Below are positions 53,827 through 64,000 of a DNA stretch of 64,000 bases, piece after piece. The DNA is taken from positions 2,976,001-3,040,000 of the forward strand of contig JAQOWU010000008.1 of NCBI GenBank assembly GCA_030867685.1. The letters are read 5' to 3'. The notes under the pieces were generated by a model. That model made no database searches and was not told the DNA's origin. It saw nothing but the letters and a program-made list of their open reading frames with translations. Each line of letters begins with the position of its first letter. Positions within the stretch are counted from its first letter, which is position 1. This stretch comes from Wickerhamiella versatilis. Lineage: Eukaryota. The position numbers and the translations under genes are program-made.

Positions 53827-55941
53827 ATGAAAGAGGAGAACACTGAGGGGCAATGTCATACCAGTGGTCTCATTGCTTGTCAACGTTGTAGGCTGAGAAA
53901 GATCCGGTGTGATCGTAGGTTGCCAAGATGCACAAGTTGTGAAAGGGCCAAATGCGCTTGCTTGACTACAGACCCAACTTCTGGGAAGACAATGCCTCGA
54001 AGCTACATAATTCACCTTGAATCCCGTGTGAAAGAGCTCGAGAAGGAGCTTTCGTCAATGAAAGGTGTAACCACATTGCAGTCCGATGAGCAAACGTCAA
54101 CTTACTGGGGCGGTACAACAGGTCTTGCATTCTGGCATACTCTATCCTCAATGATGCGCAATGATTTGGAGAAAGATGGTCAGGAAGCCCCCTGTTTCAA
54201 ATCTGAGGGTTCAGGACCTCTCACCGTACCAGTCACCGAAGAGGTGCATACTAGTACGCCAAAATTCATTTTACCGCCCAAAGATGAGGTCGAAACACTT
54301 ATGAAAAAATATTTTGAAGTTAACAATGCACAGATTCCTCTTATTCACAGGGAGTCATTCATAACTGCATATTATGAACCATTGTATGGACCGTTAAGCC
54401 CCAACCTTAACATTGCGTCCGATTATACCGAACTAAATCTTCCTAGGAGATTCGCTGGCGAACCACCTATAGGAACATTTTATTCCAAATATAAAGGGGA
54501 GGACATAAATCAGATCCATATTTCTGACCCCAAGATACGCCGAGCACTATATTTCCTATTGCAGCTGATTGCTATTGGTAAAACCTTTGATATTGAAAAC
54601 CCTGATATTAGCACTGGATATCATCAACAAGCCATGCGTTATTATACGGACACTATTACAACTAGAGACCGGGGTGTGGCTCTAAAAGGTGTAATAATGT
54701 TAGGCATTTACTCGCTTGCTCGCCCGGCTTTCCCAGGAGTCTGGCATGTGAGCGGCATGGCTATGCGCTTATGTATTGAATTGGGGTTGCATAAAGAGGA
54801 CGGTGTTGCGTGGAACTCTTGTAACCAACTCATGAGAGATGAGGCAAGACGGCTTTTCTGGTCAACCTACATACTAGATCGTCAAGTTTCCGTGTTTCTG
54901 GGTCGTCCGGCAGCTCTACCTGAAAATTATATAAAGGTGAAGAAATTCTGTCTAGCTGATGATTCTCTAATTCAGCCAGACACTGACTTAGCGCAATTGC
55001 CCACCTGGCCATCCTACAAAAATGTCAGTATTCACGTCATAAATCTGATGCGTCTTCAATACGAAATCAAGCACAACTTTTACGATCGTGTGGATGTCCA
55101 AGAGATGCCAAACACAAAAGTTATAGAAAAGGCCAGAGCTTTGGGTGCCGAATTGAAAGCCTGGTACAAGCATATTCCGAAAGACCCCAGAATCCTGAAT
55201 TTTGATTTTAGGTCATATTATTTTGAAGTTACTTATCATGTTACACGACTACTTCTGATACGAGGTGCAACCTTTGCTGATGAACCACTAGAGGATCAGC
55301 TATGGCCATTGGTAGAAACAGGAATGGCTGTCATGCGTGGTTATGGCATATTGTGGGAGAATAGGATGCTTAATTTCTCCTGGGCAGCGGTCAATAATAT
55401 GTTTATCGCTGCAACAGCAAGTTTGTATGCGATTTGGCGCCTTTTTCCAACCGGCAAGCTACAAATTGAGTCTATTGATGAAATTGAGAAACTAATGGAT
55501 TGCTGTATGAAGATCCTTCATGTCCTCAAGAAGGTCTGTAACGTGGCCACTTACAGTTATGAATCTTTGGAGGCCATGAAAAAAGTTGTATTTAACTTAA
55601 TACGATCGAATAGAGGTCGTTCCCCAGCAAGTCTTCAGATGCAATTCCAAGGTTGGCCTCTCGGAGATAGAGCGGAGGGACAGCGTCCTGGGTTTACTGA
55701 GTTCGCTGAAGCTGATGATGTCTCAAAGGTCGATTTACCTAAAGGTGAGAGGGCATCGGTGCCTCCGGAAAATTCCTACCTTGGAAATGATGCAGATATG
55801 ATGCCAGATTTTTTCCTGCCAAGAACCACGAATACGCCGTATTCAATGACAGATTACATGTCTGGACTGCCTCAACAGTTGAGCCAATGGGAGTCGTTCG
55901 TCTCTCAGCCAGATTTTCTTCTTGACATATATCCTGAATGA
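53827..55941 (+). CDS. PPR1: Zn(II)2Cys6 transcription factor Ppr1/UaY
   Basis: ACQRCRLRKIRCD....C..C....C...DP.SGK.MPRSYI..LE.R, with the Ppr1-type linker; fungal TF middle region RRLFWSTYILDRQ...LGRP. Confidence 0.8.
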   Translation: MKEENTEGQCHTSGLIACQRCRLRKIRCDRRLPRCTSCERAKCACLTTDPTSGKTMPRSYIIHLESRVKELEKELSSMKGVTTLQSDEQTSTYWGGTTGLAFWHTLSSMMRNDLEKDGQEAPCFKSEGSGPLTVPVTEEVHTSTPKFILPPKDEVETLMKKYFEVNNAQIPLIHRESFITAYYEPLYGPLSPNLNIASDYTELNLPRRFAGEPPIGTFYSKYKGEDINQIHISDPKIRRALYFLLQLIAIGKTFDIENPDISTGYHQQAMRYYTDTITTRDRGVALKGVIMLGIYSLARPAFPGVWHVSGMAMRLCIELGLHKEDGVAWNSCNQLMRDEARRLFWSTYILDRQVSVFLGRPAALPENYIKVKKFCLADDSLIQPDTDLAQLPTWPSYKNVSIHVINLMRLQYEIKHNFYDRVDVQEMPNTKVIEKARALGAELKAWYKHIPKDPRILNFDFRSYYFEVTYHVTRLLLIRGATFADEPLEDQLWPLVETGMAVMRGYGILWENRMLNFSWAAVNNMFIAATASLYAIWRLFPTGKLQIESIDEIEKLMDCCMKILHVLKKVCNVATYSYESLEAMKKVVFNLIRSNRGRSPASLQMQFQGWPLGDRAEGQRPGFTEFAEADDVSKVDLPKGERASVPPENSYLGNDADMMPDFFLPRTTNTPYSMTDYMSGLPQQLSQWESFVSQPDFLLDIYPE

Positions 55942-55959
55942 CGTTTTAGCTATCCTTAA

Positions 55960-56325
55960 TTATCGTAAATGAGCTTCTCTAAACCTTATCTCTAATACAT
56001 GTCTGATTCTTTGATGCATGAAGTAGGCACACTGAGGCATGTTGAGAATACCTTCATCCGGTGCTTCATGTACGTCTAAAACAGTAGCAACTCCTTTATT
56101 GTGCCAATCAGCTACAATTTCGATGGTCAGTCCAGCCTCTGTTGCCCATATACCATCAATGAATCCCTCTCCCAACTTTAATTCTAAGGATGAATTAGGT
56201 TGAAAGAGATCTTGAACTATTAGCACCATATTATCTGCCCTCTCAACTCTTGCATATAGTCGGACAATAGTTGAAGGCTCAAAATTATCATAGTTGAGCA
56301 GAAACCAGGGGCTCACCTGGAGCAT
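55960..56325 (-). CDS. Small hypothetical protein, possible OB-fold (Ten1/Rfa3-like)
   Basis: Stand-alone 121-aa ATG ORF filling the PPR1-RLP24 gap; beta-strand periodicity plus a C-terminal helix. Confidence 0.6.
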   Translation of the reverse strand: MLQVSPWFLLNYDNFEPSTIVRLYARVERADNMVLIVQDLFQPNSSLELKLGEGFIDGIWATEAGLTIEIVADWHNKGVATVLDVHEAPDEGILNMPQCAYFMHQRIRHVLEIRFREAHLR

Positions 56326-56486
56326 GGCCTTGCTTACGCATCTACCAGTGATGAAGCTTCAAGTTATATTTTATTTTATTTTGGTTAGTTAATGTTACTA
56401 CGACCCAATAAATCTGCTATAGTTTCAATTGGATAAGCAAATAAAAATACAGGGCTACCATGTGCAAATAACATGCGAGGTCATAT

Positions 56487-57068
56487 TTAAACGCGAACTT
56501 TTCGTTTGGTCTTTCTTTGTAAAACGATAGGAATCTTCTCCTCTTCAGACTCTGATTGCGATTCCGACTCAGCATCGACATCCATTGCTCCTTCTGATTC
56601 CATCGATTGATCCTCTGCTGCCTGAGCCTTCTCCGCTTCACGGCGTAGTTCGACTTCACGACGACGGAGCAGCTCTTGATTCGCAGCAACGAGTTTCCTA
56701 TCCTCTTCCAAGCTCTTGGATTTATTACCACGCATACGATTGCGAATGAAAGCACGCTCGCGCTTACGTCTAATCTCTTCCACCCGTTTCATAGCATCCA
56801 ACGTCTTAGCAACAAGCTCACGATTGTAACGCACTGGTATATTCCTGCGCTGGTTGAAAGCTAGTGTAGAATCCACAACCATCTCTTTACCAGCGGCCTT
56901 ACGGAAGGCTTTAGTCCACTTCAACTTGCGTGGGTTACGCTTCAGCTTGAAATTTTTATGGCACTTAGAACGGCAAAATTTGAACTCCTTGGCATCATTT
57001 CGAACAAAAGTAATGCCATGGCCTGGATAGACAGGTCCCGAACAGAAATGGCAGTTTTCAATGCGCAT
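56487..57068 (-). CDS. RLP24: Ribosome biogenesis protein Rlp24
   Basis: [53 protein letters not shown]. Confidence 0.97.
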   Translation of the reverse strand: MRIENCHFCSGPVYPGHGITFVRNDAKEFKFCRSKCHKNFKLKRNPRKLKWTKAFRKAAGKEMVVDSTLAFNQRRNIPVRYNRELVAKTLDAMKRVEEIRRKRERAFIRNRMRGNKSKSLEEDRKLVAANQELLRRREVELRREAEKAQAAEDQSMESEGAMDVDAESESQSESEEEKIPIVLQRKTKRKVRV

Positions 57069-57133
57069 TCCTCAGAAGGTTGATAATTCGGGTGGAAAAA
57101 AATTTGATTAGTTAATCTCGCCTTTCAGCTCGG

Positions 57134-57460
57134 ATGCAAGGTGTGACAACCTACGTTAAGGAGCACCCAGTGTGGAGTGGAGTTTGTGCGGCCACAGGTT
57201 TGTACATTCTCAAACTTGCATTCACGAAGGCTGGCCCAAAAGACTTTTTGAAGGGTGGCTTCGGTGACAAGATGACGAAGAAAGAAGCACTTCAAATTCT
57301 AAATTTGCGGGAGTCGACATTGACCCAGAAGAAGTTGAAAGATACTCACCGTCGTATAATGATCTTGAATCACCCGGATCGAGGTGGATCCCCTTATCTT
57401 GCCACCAAGATAAACGAGGCTAAAGGTGAGCTTGAAAAAATGAAGCTCAAGCGAGGTTAG
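57134..57460 (+). CDS. PAM18: Mitochondrial import motor J-protein Pam18/Tim14
   Basis: TM segment, then FLKGGF..KMT.KEALQILNL and HRRIMILNHPDRGGSPYLATKINEAK. Confidence 0.93.
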   Translation: MQGVTTYVKEHPVWSGVCAATGLYILKLAFTKAGPKDFLKGGFGDKMTKKEALQILNLRESTLTQKKLKDTHRRIMILNHPDRGGSPYLATKINEAKGELEKMKLKRG

Positions 57461-57535
57461 GCTGTATATATTATAGAGATCATATTCATTCCTCTTAAAA
57501 TTATAAGGAAACGTGATTAATTTTGCTATGTGCAT

Positions 57536-58645
57536 CTATTTCGTAAATAAACTGATTACATCTTCGTCATTCATTCTGTGACCCAATCCACACTTTTGGG
57601 GACTATGCTTGACAGATGTGCCCCAAACCATTGCATATTTAAATTTGGTCTTAAAGTCTCGATGAATCATGTTGCAAACGTCCTCGACAGAAGATTTTCG
57701 CTGGCGTAATACGGATGGTTCTTTCAAATCAGGTTTGGACCCCTTGGGTTTTGTGTAGATTCGAACGAGGCTAAGACGATCCCATAGCATATCCTTAAGA
57801 TCATCAAGCCCCAGATCCAAATTAGCAGAGCAAACTGTGGTGAACGGTTCATGGGCTAAACGGTTAGTTTCCTCAAGTGATACAGCATCAATCTTATTGT
57901 AGGCATAGACGCATGGAACGTACGATCGATGATTCGCATTGATAACATCAATAAAATCATCAACTGTGGTATTTGGATCTCTTACCAGAATATCTGCATT
58001 TAGTACGCGGTATTCTCGCAGTAGAGATGACACCAGCTTGTCGTCGAGATACTTAGGTGGTGACGCATATGTAACTTTTATGCCCCCAGTCTGCTTTATG
58101 GTAAGACTAACATCTGGCCGAGAACGATTAAGCCGCATTCCGACAGCCTCAAGTTCCCGCTCAAGTATAGCACGTTGGGTCTCAGGTTTCGTCGCATCCA
58201 AGACCATCAAGACAAGGTCAGCAGTTCGAGCGGTTGCTACTACTTGTCTTCCACGTCCTTTGCCTTCAGCAGCACCTTGAATAATACCTGGAAGATCTAG
58301 AACCTGAATTTCCGCGCCTTCATATTCGAGGACTCCAGGCACGGAAGTAAGCGTGGTGAATGCATAGTGTGCAATTTCGGATTTGGTTTTGGTGATCTTT
58401 CCCAGTAAGCTTGACTTTCCTACGGATGGAAACCCAATGAGAACGACTCTAGCCACTCCATTTTTGGCGACTTCGAAACCCTGTCCACCACCAGTTGACT
58501 GTCCTGCCTGAGGCTCTAGCAATTCTCGGCGAAAGCGAGCAAGTTTACCCTTGAGCAAACCTATGTGATATTCCGTGGCCTTATTTTTCTGTGTTCGAGC
58601 AAGTTCATCCTGAACTTGCTGGATTCTGTCGGTAATATTCACCAT
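57536..58645 (-). CDS. RBG2: DRG-family GTPase Rbg2
   Basis: [54 protein letters not shown] and a TGS domain. Confidence 0.92.
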   Translation of the reverse strand: MVNITDRIQQVQDELARTQKNKATEYHIGLLKGKLARFRRELLEPQAGQSTGGGQGFEVAKNGVARVVLIGFPSVGKSSLLGKITKTKSEIAHYAFTTLTSVPGVLEYEGAEIQVLDLPGIIQGAAEGKGRGRQVVATARTADLVLMVLDATKPETQRAILERELEAVGMRLNRSRPDVSLTIKQTGGIKVTYASPPKYLDDKLVSSLLREYRVLNADILVRDPNTTVDDFIDVINANHRSYVPCVYAYNKIDAVSLEETNRLAHEPFTTVCSANLDLGLDDLKDMLWDRLSLVRIYTKPKGSKPDLKEPSVLRQRKSSVEDVCNMIHRDFKTKFKYAMVWGTSVKHSPQKCGLGHRMNDEDVISLFTK

Positions 58646-58714
58646 CTTACTGAACTCTTACCATTAGATAATATGTTATTAAAGATCACAATGGTTCTCT
58701 TGTGATGTGTCATA

Positions 58715-58739
58715 TAGGGCTCAGGGCATATCAGCGACG
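58715..58739 (+). promoter_or_regulatory. RPS2 upstream module TAGGGCT(CAGGGC) .. ATATC .. GCGACG
   Basis: TAGGGCTCAGGGCATATCAGCGACG, matching the RPL27 module. Confidence 0.55.
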
Positions 58740-58790
58740 ACTCTCACAGAGCTATCGCGCATTACGGTTACTCTAGTAGAGAAGGACAAC

Positions 58791-59540
58791 ATGAGTGAAC
58801 AAAGGGGACGTGGATTTGGCGGCCGCCGTGGTGGCCCTCGCCGTGGACCTCGCCGTGGAGGCCGTCGTGACGGAAAAGACGTCTGGGTTCCTGCCACAAA
58901 GCTGGGCCGTCTAGCCCATGCCGGAAAGTTGAGCTCTATTGAGGAGATCTACGCCCACAGTCTCCCAATCAAGGAAGTTCAGATCATTGATGCTCTCCTT
59001 CCTGGTCTCAAGGATGAAGTCATGAAGATTAAGCCTGTCCAGAAGCAGACTACTGCAGGCCAGCGTACTCGTTTCCGCGCTGTTGTCATTGTCGGAGACA
59101 GTAACGGCCATGTTGGTCTTGGAACCAAGACCAGTTCGGAGGTTGCTATGGCTATCCGCTCTGCCATCAACATTGCTAAGCTCAATGTTATCCCCGTTCG
59201 TCGTGGATACTGGGGCTCCAGAATCGGTCTTCCCCACTCTGTGGCCTCAAAGGTTACTGGAAAGTGTGGCTCTGTCACAGTTCGTCTCGTACCGGCCCCC
59301 CGTGGTAAAGGTATCGTCGCGAGCCCCGGCGTCGCTAAGATGCTCGAGTTCGCTGGTGTCCAGGATGTCTTCACGCAATCTGTGGGCTCCACCCGTACAT
59401 TGGAGAACACTTTGAAGGCTCTCTTTGCCGCTCTCGGTAACACATACGCCTTCATGACTCCTGACCTTTGGGCTGATGGTCCATTGAACTTGTCTCCGCT
59501 TGAGGTTCATTACGTTGAAGCGGCACCTAAGACTCGCTAA
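58791..59540 (+). CDS. RPS2: 40S ribosomal protein S2 (uS5)
   Basis: RG-rich N-terminus, [23 protein letters not shown] and PVRRGYWG; likely ATG at 58791 ([10 protein letters not shown]). Confidence 0.97.
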   Translation: MSEQRGRGFGGRRGGPRRGPRRGGRRDGKDVWVPATKLGRLAHAGKLSSIEEIYAHSLPIKEVQIIDALLPGLKDEVMKIKPVQKQTTAGQRTRFRAVVIVGDSNGHVGLGTKTSSEVAMAIRSAINIAKLNVIPVRRGYWGSRIGLPHSVASKVTGKCGSVTVRLVPAPRGKGIVASPGVAKMLEFAGVQDVFTQSVGSTRTLENTLKALFAALGNTYAFMTPDLWADGPLNLSPLEVHYVEAAPKTR

Positions 59541-59634
59541 ACATAGCACATAGCGATAATAAAAATATTTTATGGTTCTGCGACTAAAGCTAAGCAAGTA
59601 AGAAAATATTTGGTCTACATAGGGAAATCTGCGC

Positions 59635-61971
59635 TTAATGCCAGTCCTGAATATTAAGCAGGTCGCATTCTTGCGCGCCACGTTTGAGACTGCCAATATT
59701 ATACACAGTTTGGCTCTTACTCAAGATTTCTGTGGCTTCATCAGCAGACGCTGAGTCGACAATGACAACCATTCCTATACCCATATTCAAGGTTTTTGCA
59801 GCATCCTGAGGTGGAACGTTGCCTGCCTTAACAAGCCACTTGAAGACATTTGGCAACGGCCATTTGCTGACATCAATAGTTGCACTCAAGTGCTCTGGCA
59901 AAGCTCTAGGTGTATTCTCCACGAGTCCTCCACCTGTAATATGCGCAAGACCTTTGATCTTGCACCCAGCACGGATCGCATTCAATATACCCTTCACATA
60001 AATACGCGTAGGCGTCAGCAAACTCAGTCCAACAGTAGTACTAGGATCCCAAGGAGCCTCATCATCGTACTTCAGACGTTTTGATTCAAGAATCTTACGG
60101 ACAAGAGAAAAGCCATTTGAATGGACGCCATCCGAGGCGAGGCCGAGAATTACGTCTCCCTCTTTCATCTCATCGAGCTTTGGAAGAACCTCATCTCTCT
60201 CCACGGCACCCACGCATGTCCCGTTCACATCGTAATCTGTGCCACTGTAAAGGCCGGGCATTTCAGCAGTCTCACCTCCTACCAATGCGCATCCCGCCAG
60301 GATGCAACCATCGGCGACACCAGATACGAATTCGCTTGCAGTTTTCTGGTCTAAGTGGCCCGAAGCATAATAGTCCAAGAAAAATAAAGGTTCGCATCCT
60401 TGCACAATAAGGTCGTTAGCATTCATGGCAACAAGGTCGATACCTACTGTGTCGTGCTTGCCCAAGGTCTGTGCAATAATCAGCTTGGTACCCACGCCAT
60501 CTGTCGCAGATATAAGAAGAGGATCTTTGAAGCCACATTTCTTGATATCAAAAATCCCACCGAATCCGCCGATCTGGGCGCTGCTGCCAGGACGAGCTGT
60601 GGACTTTACTTTAGACTTGATGTTTTCAACGAATGCATTTCCAGCATCCACATCTACACCTGCAGAAGCATAGGTAATATTGGCCACTTTATCAGCGGCT
60701 CTAAATGCCCTATGAGCGATATCCTTCCGGAAGTGTGCCTTGTCGAAGTGCACATGGCCTATACCCTGATAAGCAAGATCTACAGCGCCACGAAGAGTGG
60801 GGGCCCAAGCGCTCACCGCTAGAACTCGACCTCCCGAAGTAACAATTTGGCCCTCCTTATTTAAAGCGGTACCTGCATGGAATACCTCAACTCCAGGTGG
60901 AAGTTTATCAAATGTGATGACGGTGCCTTTAGCATACGATCCAGGATACCCGCCAGCTGCCATAACGACCGTGGCACCGTAACCGGGGGCGATTTTGATT
61001 TCAACGGCATCAAGCCTACGGTCGACACAAGCCTTCATAATTTCAGCTAGATCATTCTTGAGAAGGCCCAGAACTGTTTGAGTTTCAGGGTCACCAAAAC
61101 GAACATTATATTCTAGAACCCGAGGGCCGCGAGCTGTAAGCATTATACCGACAAAAAGTACACCCGTGAAGGTGAACCCATCATGCCGCATACCGCGAAT
61201 CGTAGGTTCAAGGATTTTCTCTCTGATTTCTGATATAACATCAGGAGTAGCTATTGGTGCAGGAGCATAAGCACCCATACCACCTGTATTAAGCCCAGTA
61301 TCACCATCATTCGCCCTCTTGTGGTCTTGCGCGGGTGGTAGATCAACAATAGTATATCCATCGCTGAACGCGAGGATGGATAGCTCGTCACCCTCAAGAT
61401 ATTCTTCGATAACGACTGCATCTCCAGCACTACCAAATTCATGTTTCTCCATTACTTGGGCTAAGGCCTCACGAGCTTCTTCCTTTGTATCAGGAATGAG
61501 CACACCTTTACCACCAGCAAGACCATCAGCCTTGATAACCACCTTGTGTTGGGCACTGTTTACATACGACAATGCCTCCTGATAATCGGTAAAGTTGCCA
61601 AATTCTGCTGTTGGAATCCCATGTCGCGCCATAAAGTCTTTGCTAAAGGTTTTTGAGCCCTCCATTTGAGCTGCCTTTTCACTAGGTCCAAAGACTGGAA
61701 TTCCGCACTTCGTGAATTCAGTTGTTATACCTTCAACTAAAGGCTGTTCTGGACCAGGTACCACCAGATCAACACCATTTTGCTGCGAAAATCGAACTAA
61801 TTCAGGGAAATCTTTCTTTGAACTTGAAATAGGAACATTTTCAGCTTTAGAGGGAAGTGAAGTTCCACCATTACCAGGAGCTATCCAGATCTTTTCTACC
61901 AATGGACTTTGGTCCAACATCCATGCCAAGGCATGTTCACGCCCGCCATTGCCTACCAAAAGAATTTTCAT
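59635..61971 (-). CDS. ADE5,7: Bifunctional GARS-AIRS (PurD-PurM)
   Basis: GNGGREHAL, KADGLAGGKGV, LEYNVRFGDPETQ, TDGVGTKL, GGETAEMPG and AHITGGGL. Confidence 0.98.
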   Translation of the reverse strand: MKILLVGNGGREHALAWMLDQSPLVEKIWIAPGNGGTSLPSKAENVPISSSKKDFPELVRFSQQNGVDLVVPGPEQPLVEGITTEFTKCGIPVFGPSEKAAQMEGSKTFSKDFMARHGIPTAEFGNFTDYQEALSYVNSAQHKVVIKADGLAGGKGVLIPDTKEEAREALAQVMEKHEFGSAGDAVVIEEYLEGDELSILAFSDGYTIVDLPPAQDHKRANDGDTGLNTGGMGAYAPAPIATPDVISEIREKILEPTIRGMRHDGFTFTGVLFVGIMLTARGPRVLEYNVRFGDPETQTVLGLLKNDLAEIMKACVDRRLDAVEIKIAPGYGATVVMAAGGYPGSYAKGTVITFDKLPPGVEVFHAGTALNKEGQIVTSGGRVLAVSAWAPTLRGAVDLAYQGIGHVHFDKAHFRKDIAHRAFRAADKVANITYASAGVDVDAGNAFVENIKSKVKSTARPGSSAQIGGFGGIFDIKKCGFKDPLLISATDGVGTKLIIAQTLGKHDTVGIDLVAMNANDLIVQGCEPLFFLDYYASGHLDQKTASEFVSGVADGCILAGCALVGGETAEMPGLYSGTDYDVNGTCVGAVERDEVLPKLDEMKEGDVILGLASDGVHSNGFSLVRKILESKRLKYDDEAPWDPSTTVGLSLLTPTRIYVKGILNAIRAGCKIKGLAHITGGGLVENTPRALPEHLSATIDVSKWPLPNVFKWLVKAGNVPPQDAAKTLNMGIGMVVIVDSASADEATEILSKSQTVYNIGSLKRGAQECDLLNIQDWH

Positions 61972-62000
61972 ATCTGGCTCCTGTTGATTCCAATGCTCGA

Positions 62001-62007
62001 TGACTCA
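62001..62007. promoter_or_regulatory. Gcn4/Bas1-type site TGACTCA upstream of ADE5,7
   Basis: ATGACTCA 29 nt upstream of the ADE5,7 ATG. Confidence 0.6.
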
Positions 62008-62142
62008 CCAAGAGGTGATCAGAGCCAAGAGATTATAGTTTCGGAATAGCCTAGCCAAATTAAAATATAAGATGGGCTACTAAATTTTGGTTAAATTTAA
62101 AATATCGTGAAATCGTGATCATATACAAAAAACATAATGACC

Positions 62143-63552
62143 TCAAGCATGTAAAGAAGGATATCCGGAGCCTACAAGAAGTCTCCTGCCTGTCAAGAAT
62201 AATACTGCAAAAAGAATTCCAAGAACAGCAAATGGAGATTTCACCCAATTGTCAGCCAGAAACCCCCCAATCTGAGTCACTAGTAGGATTCCAGCACTAC
62301 CATATAGCGAATAAACGCCGGCTACACTCCCATTATGCTCTCGCCTTTTGTCCGTAGCCATCGACATGGAAACTGTCAATGTCCCAATTTGAGCAATACC
62401 CAGTAGAGAGCAAAAAACAATTGCAGCATTAGACTCAACATTTGTGAGCTTTAGGAGACCTGCCATTGAAAATATACCAACTAAACTGCTGTAAAGTATC
62501 ACTCGGGTTGGTCCCACGCGATCAGATACCCATCCTGCTATTGGTGCTGAAATGAGAGCGACAGTATTAGCAATACCAGTGAGAATTGCTGCTCTGACGA
62601 CTCCATCACGGCATCCACTGCCATCACGAACTTCGCAGCGACCTATTTTGTAATACCAATCATTAACTACGAGAGGCACGAACAAAGAAAGCACTATTGA
62701 AGATGCACGAGCGACAAGAGAACCAAAATAAGATACTTGAAGCCTGAAGTCCTCCTTTGCCGCTAAAAATCCTGCACGCAGCAATTCCACATAAGAAATC
62801 ATAGGACCACCAGCATCTAAAGCTGCCTCATCGAAAATAGATATTTCTGCATTCCCAGTAAGCACAGATATTCCCTTCACCGGGCTCTGGTATAGAGTAA
62901 AAAAAAGCATTGCACTCACCAAAAATCCGGAAATGCCCACAATAGAGAACGCCTTGCGTAAAGCTTCCGACGCATGAGCATCATATCCAAGACGAATAGG
63001 TAGAGGAAGCAACAAAACAACGGCAAATATAGCTCCCAATCCTGAAGAGAACCCTACCAATCCCGACAATTTACCGTTAAATCTCGAAGTTACGGTGGGC
63101 TCATCTGCTTGATGGTCATCTGTGGTGGGTTCAAGCAAAGGCATGTGATCAAAATACTGCAAAGGCATATTTACCTGACTAGTTTCGCCAAGTATTGCAG
63201 TCATCATTGATGTACAGGCCGCAACACCTAGGGCAAATAAAACTCTGCATAACAACAAGCCAGGATAAAGCGATGGTGCCCTAGGGTACAGAATCAAACC
63301 TAGAGACATCAGCCCAAGCCCAAATACAGCTACATAGCGAGTGCCGACTTTGTCACTTAGAGCACCCCAGAATGGAGCTGCGGCAATACATACCGACTCA
63401 TCGGCCAAAGCTAAAATGCTGCTTGTTGCACCCTGACGAACTTGCCCAAATATTTGAGATATAACAAATGGCTGGGTACTGTTCAGAAATACCATAAATG
63501 CCACCGTTATCGCGCAGAAGCATAAGTATGCACCAACATGGATAACTGCCAT
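62143..63552 (-). CDS. MFS transporter of unknown substrate
   Basis: About 12 TM segments; motif A in both halves (WGALSDKVGTR, GWVSDRVGPTR). Confidence 0.88.
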   Translation of the reverse strand: MAVIHVGAYLCFCAITVAFMVFLNSTQPFVISQIFGQVRQGATSSILALADESVCIAAAPFWGALSDKVGTRYVAVFGLGLMSLGLILYPRAPSLYPGLLLCRVLFALGVAACTSMMTAILGETSQVNMPLQYFDHMPLLEPTTDDHQADEPTVTSRFNGKLSGLVGFSSGLGAIFAVVLLLPLPIRLGYDAHASEALRKAFSIVGISGFLVSAMLFFTLYQSPVKGISVLTGNAEISIFDEAALDAGGPMISYVELLRAGFLAAKEDFRLQVSYFGSLVARASSIVLSLFVPLVVNDWYYKIGRCEVRDGSGCRDGVVRAAILTGIANTVALISAPIAGWVSDRVGPTRVILYSSLVGIFSMAGLLKLTNVESNAAIVFCSLLGIAQIGTLTVSMSMATDKRREHNGSVAGVYSLYGSAGILLVTQIGGFLADNWVKSPFAVLGILFAVLFLTGRRLLVGSGYPSLHA

Positions 63553-63765
63553 ATGGTTATGTAATTATAACTTGAATTGTTTTCAGTTATTGAAAGGCTG
63601 GTGATCACCCGCTGAGCACACAATTAATTAGCAATTAGTTTTCCTATTATAATATTTACTTCTAAGGGATCATAGAAGCTGCGAATCCTTCGGACTTTTA
63701 TGGGAGCCTAAAAGCACCAAGAGTCGATCCACATCTCGCTTACTAAGCGTGTTTACTCTCCGTAG

Positions 63766-64000
63766 ATGCGCGTTCAGAACCTGTTTATTGATGGGTTTAA
63801 AAGCTACTCGCGGAGGTGCGAAATAGATGACTGGGATCCACAGTTTAATGCCATTACGGGACTTAATGGTAGTGGTAAGTCTAATGTCCTGGACGCAATA
63901 TGCTTTGTTTTAGGCATAACATCTATGTCAACGGTTCGTGCAGACAAGCAGCAGGATTTGATCTATAAGCGTGGCCAAGCCGGTATTACCAAGGCAAGTG
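63766..64000 (+). CDS. SMC2: Condensin subunit Smc2, 5' fragment
   Basis: Not in the ORF track. Reads [15 protein letters not shown]...[54 protein letters not shown]. Confidence 0.95.
   Translation, partial: MRVQNLFIDGFKSYSRRCEIDDWDPQFNAITGLNGSGKSNVLDAICFVLGITSMSTVRADKQQDLIYKRGQAGITKAS

Overview
This is a eukaryotic, very gene-dense budding-yeast (Saccharomycotina) chromosome segment. It holds about 37 protein-coding genes in 64 kb, with no introns needed to explain any ORF and intergenic gaps often of 50-200 bp. CUG is read as Leu (conserved TKLGRL of Rps2 uses CTG), so it is not a CUG-Ser yeast. Compactness and gene content (glucosylceramide synthase, single MadBub, Mto1-like SPB protein) fit an early-diverging lineage such as Starmerella/Wickerhamiella, which is an inference. 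Content is mostly housekeeping: TOM1 (partial), DIA4, RPL27, UGO1, SDC1, TLG1, TDA3, YEN1, GPI16, BUB1, ADE2, VTC4, EPT1/CPT1, TEP1, CDC15, NMD3, NOT1, VSB1, UTP8, PUT2, HSX11, PPR1, RLP24, PAM18, RBG2, RPS2, ADE5,7 and SMC2 (partial). TOM1 and SMC2 are missing from the ORF track because they run off the window edges. No tRNA, rRNA, transposon, CRISPR or bacterial HGT gene was recognised. The best leads are: (1) an orphan secreted, Kex2-cleavable protein with YGQQ and GQYPQ/AQNPQ repeat arrays (38879-40261); (2) a shared TAGGGCT..ATATC..GCGACG module upstream of both ribosomal protein genes; (3) a divergent amino-acid permease/PUT2 pair whose promoter has three inverted CCAAT pairs; (4) TF-like sites packed within 30 bp of start codons; and (5) a small orphan that may be a Ten1/Rfa3-type OB-fold protein. 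Gene names come from motif recall, not database searches.
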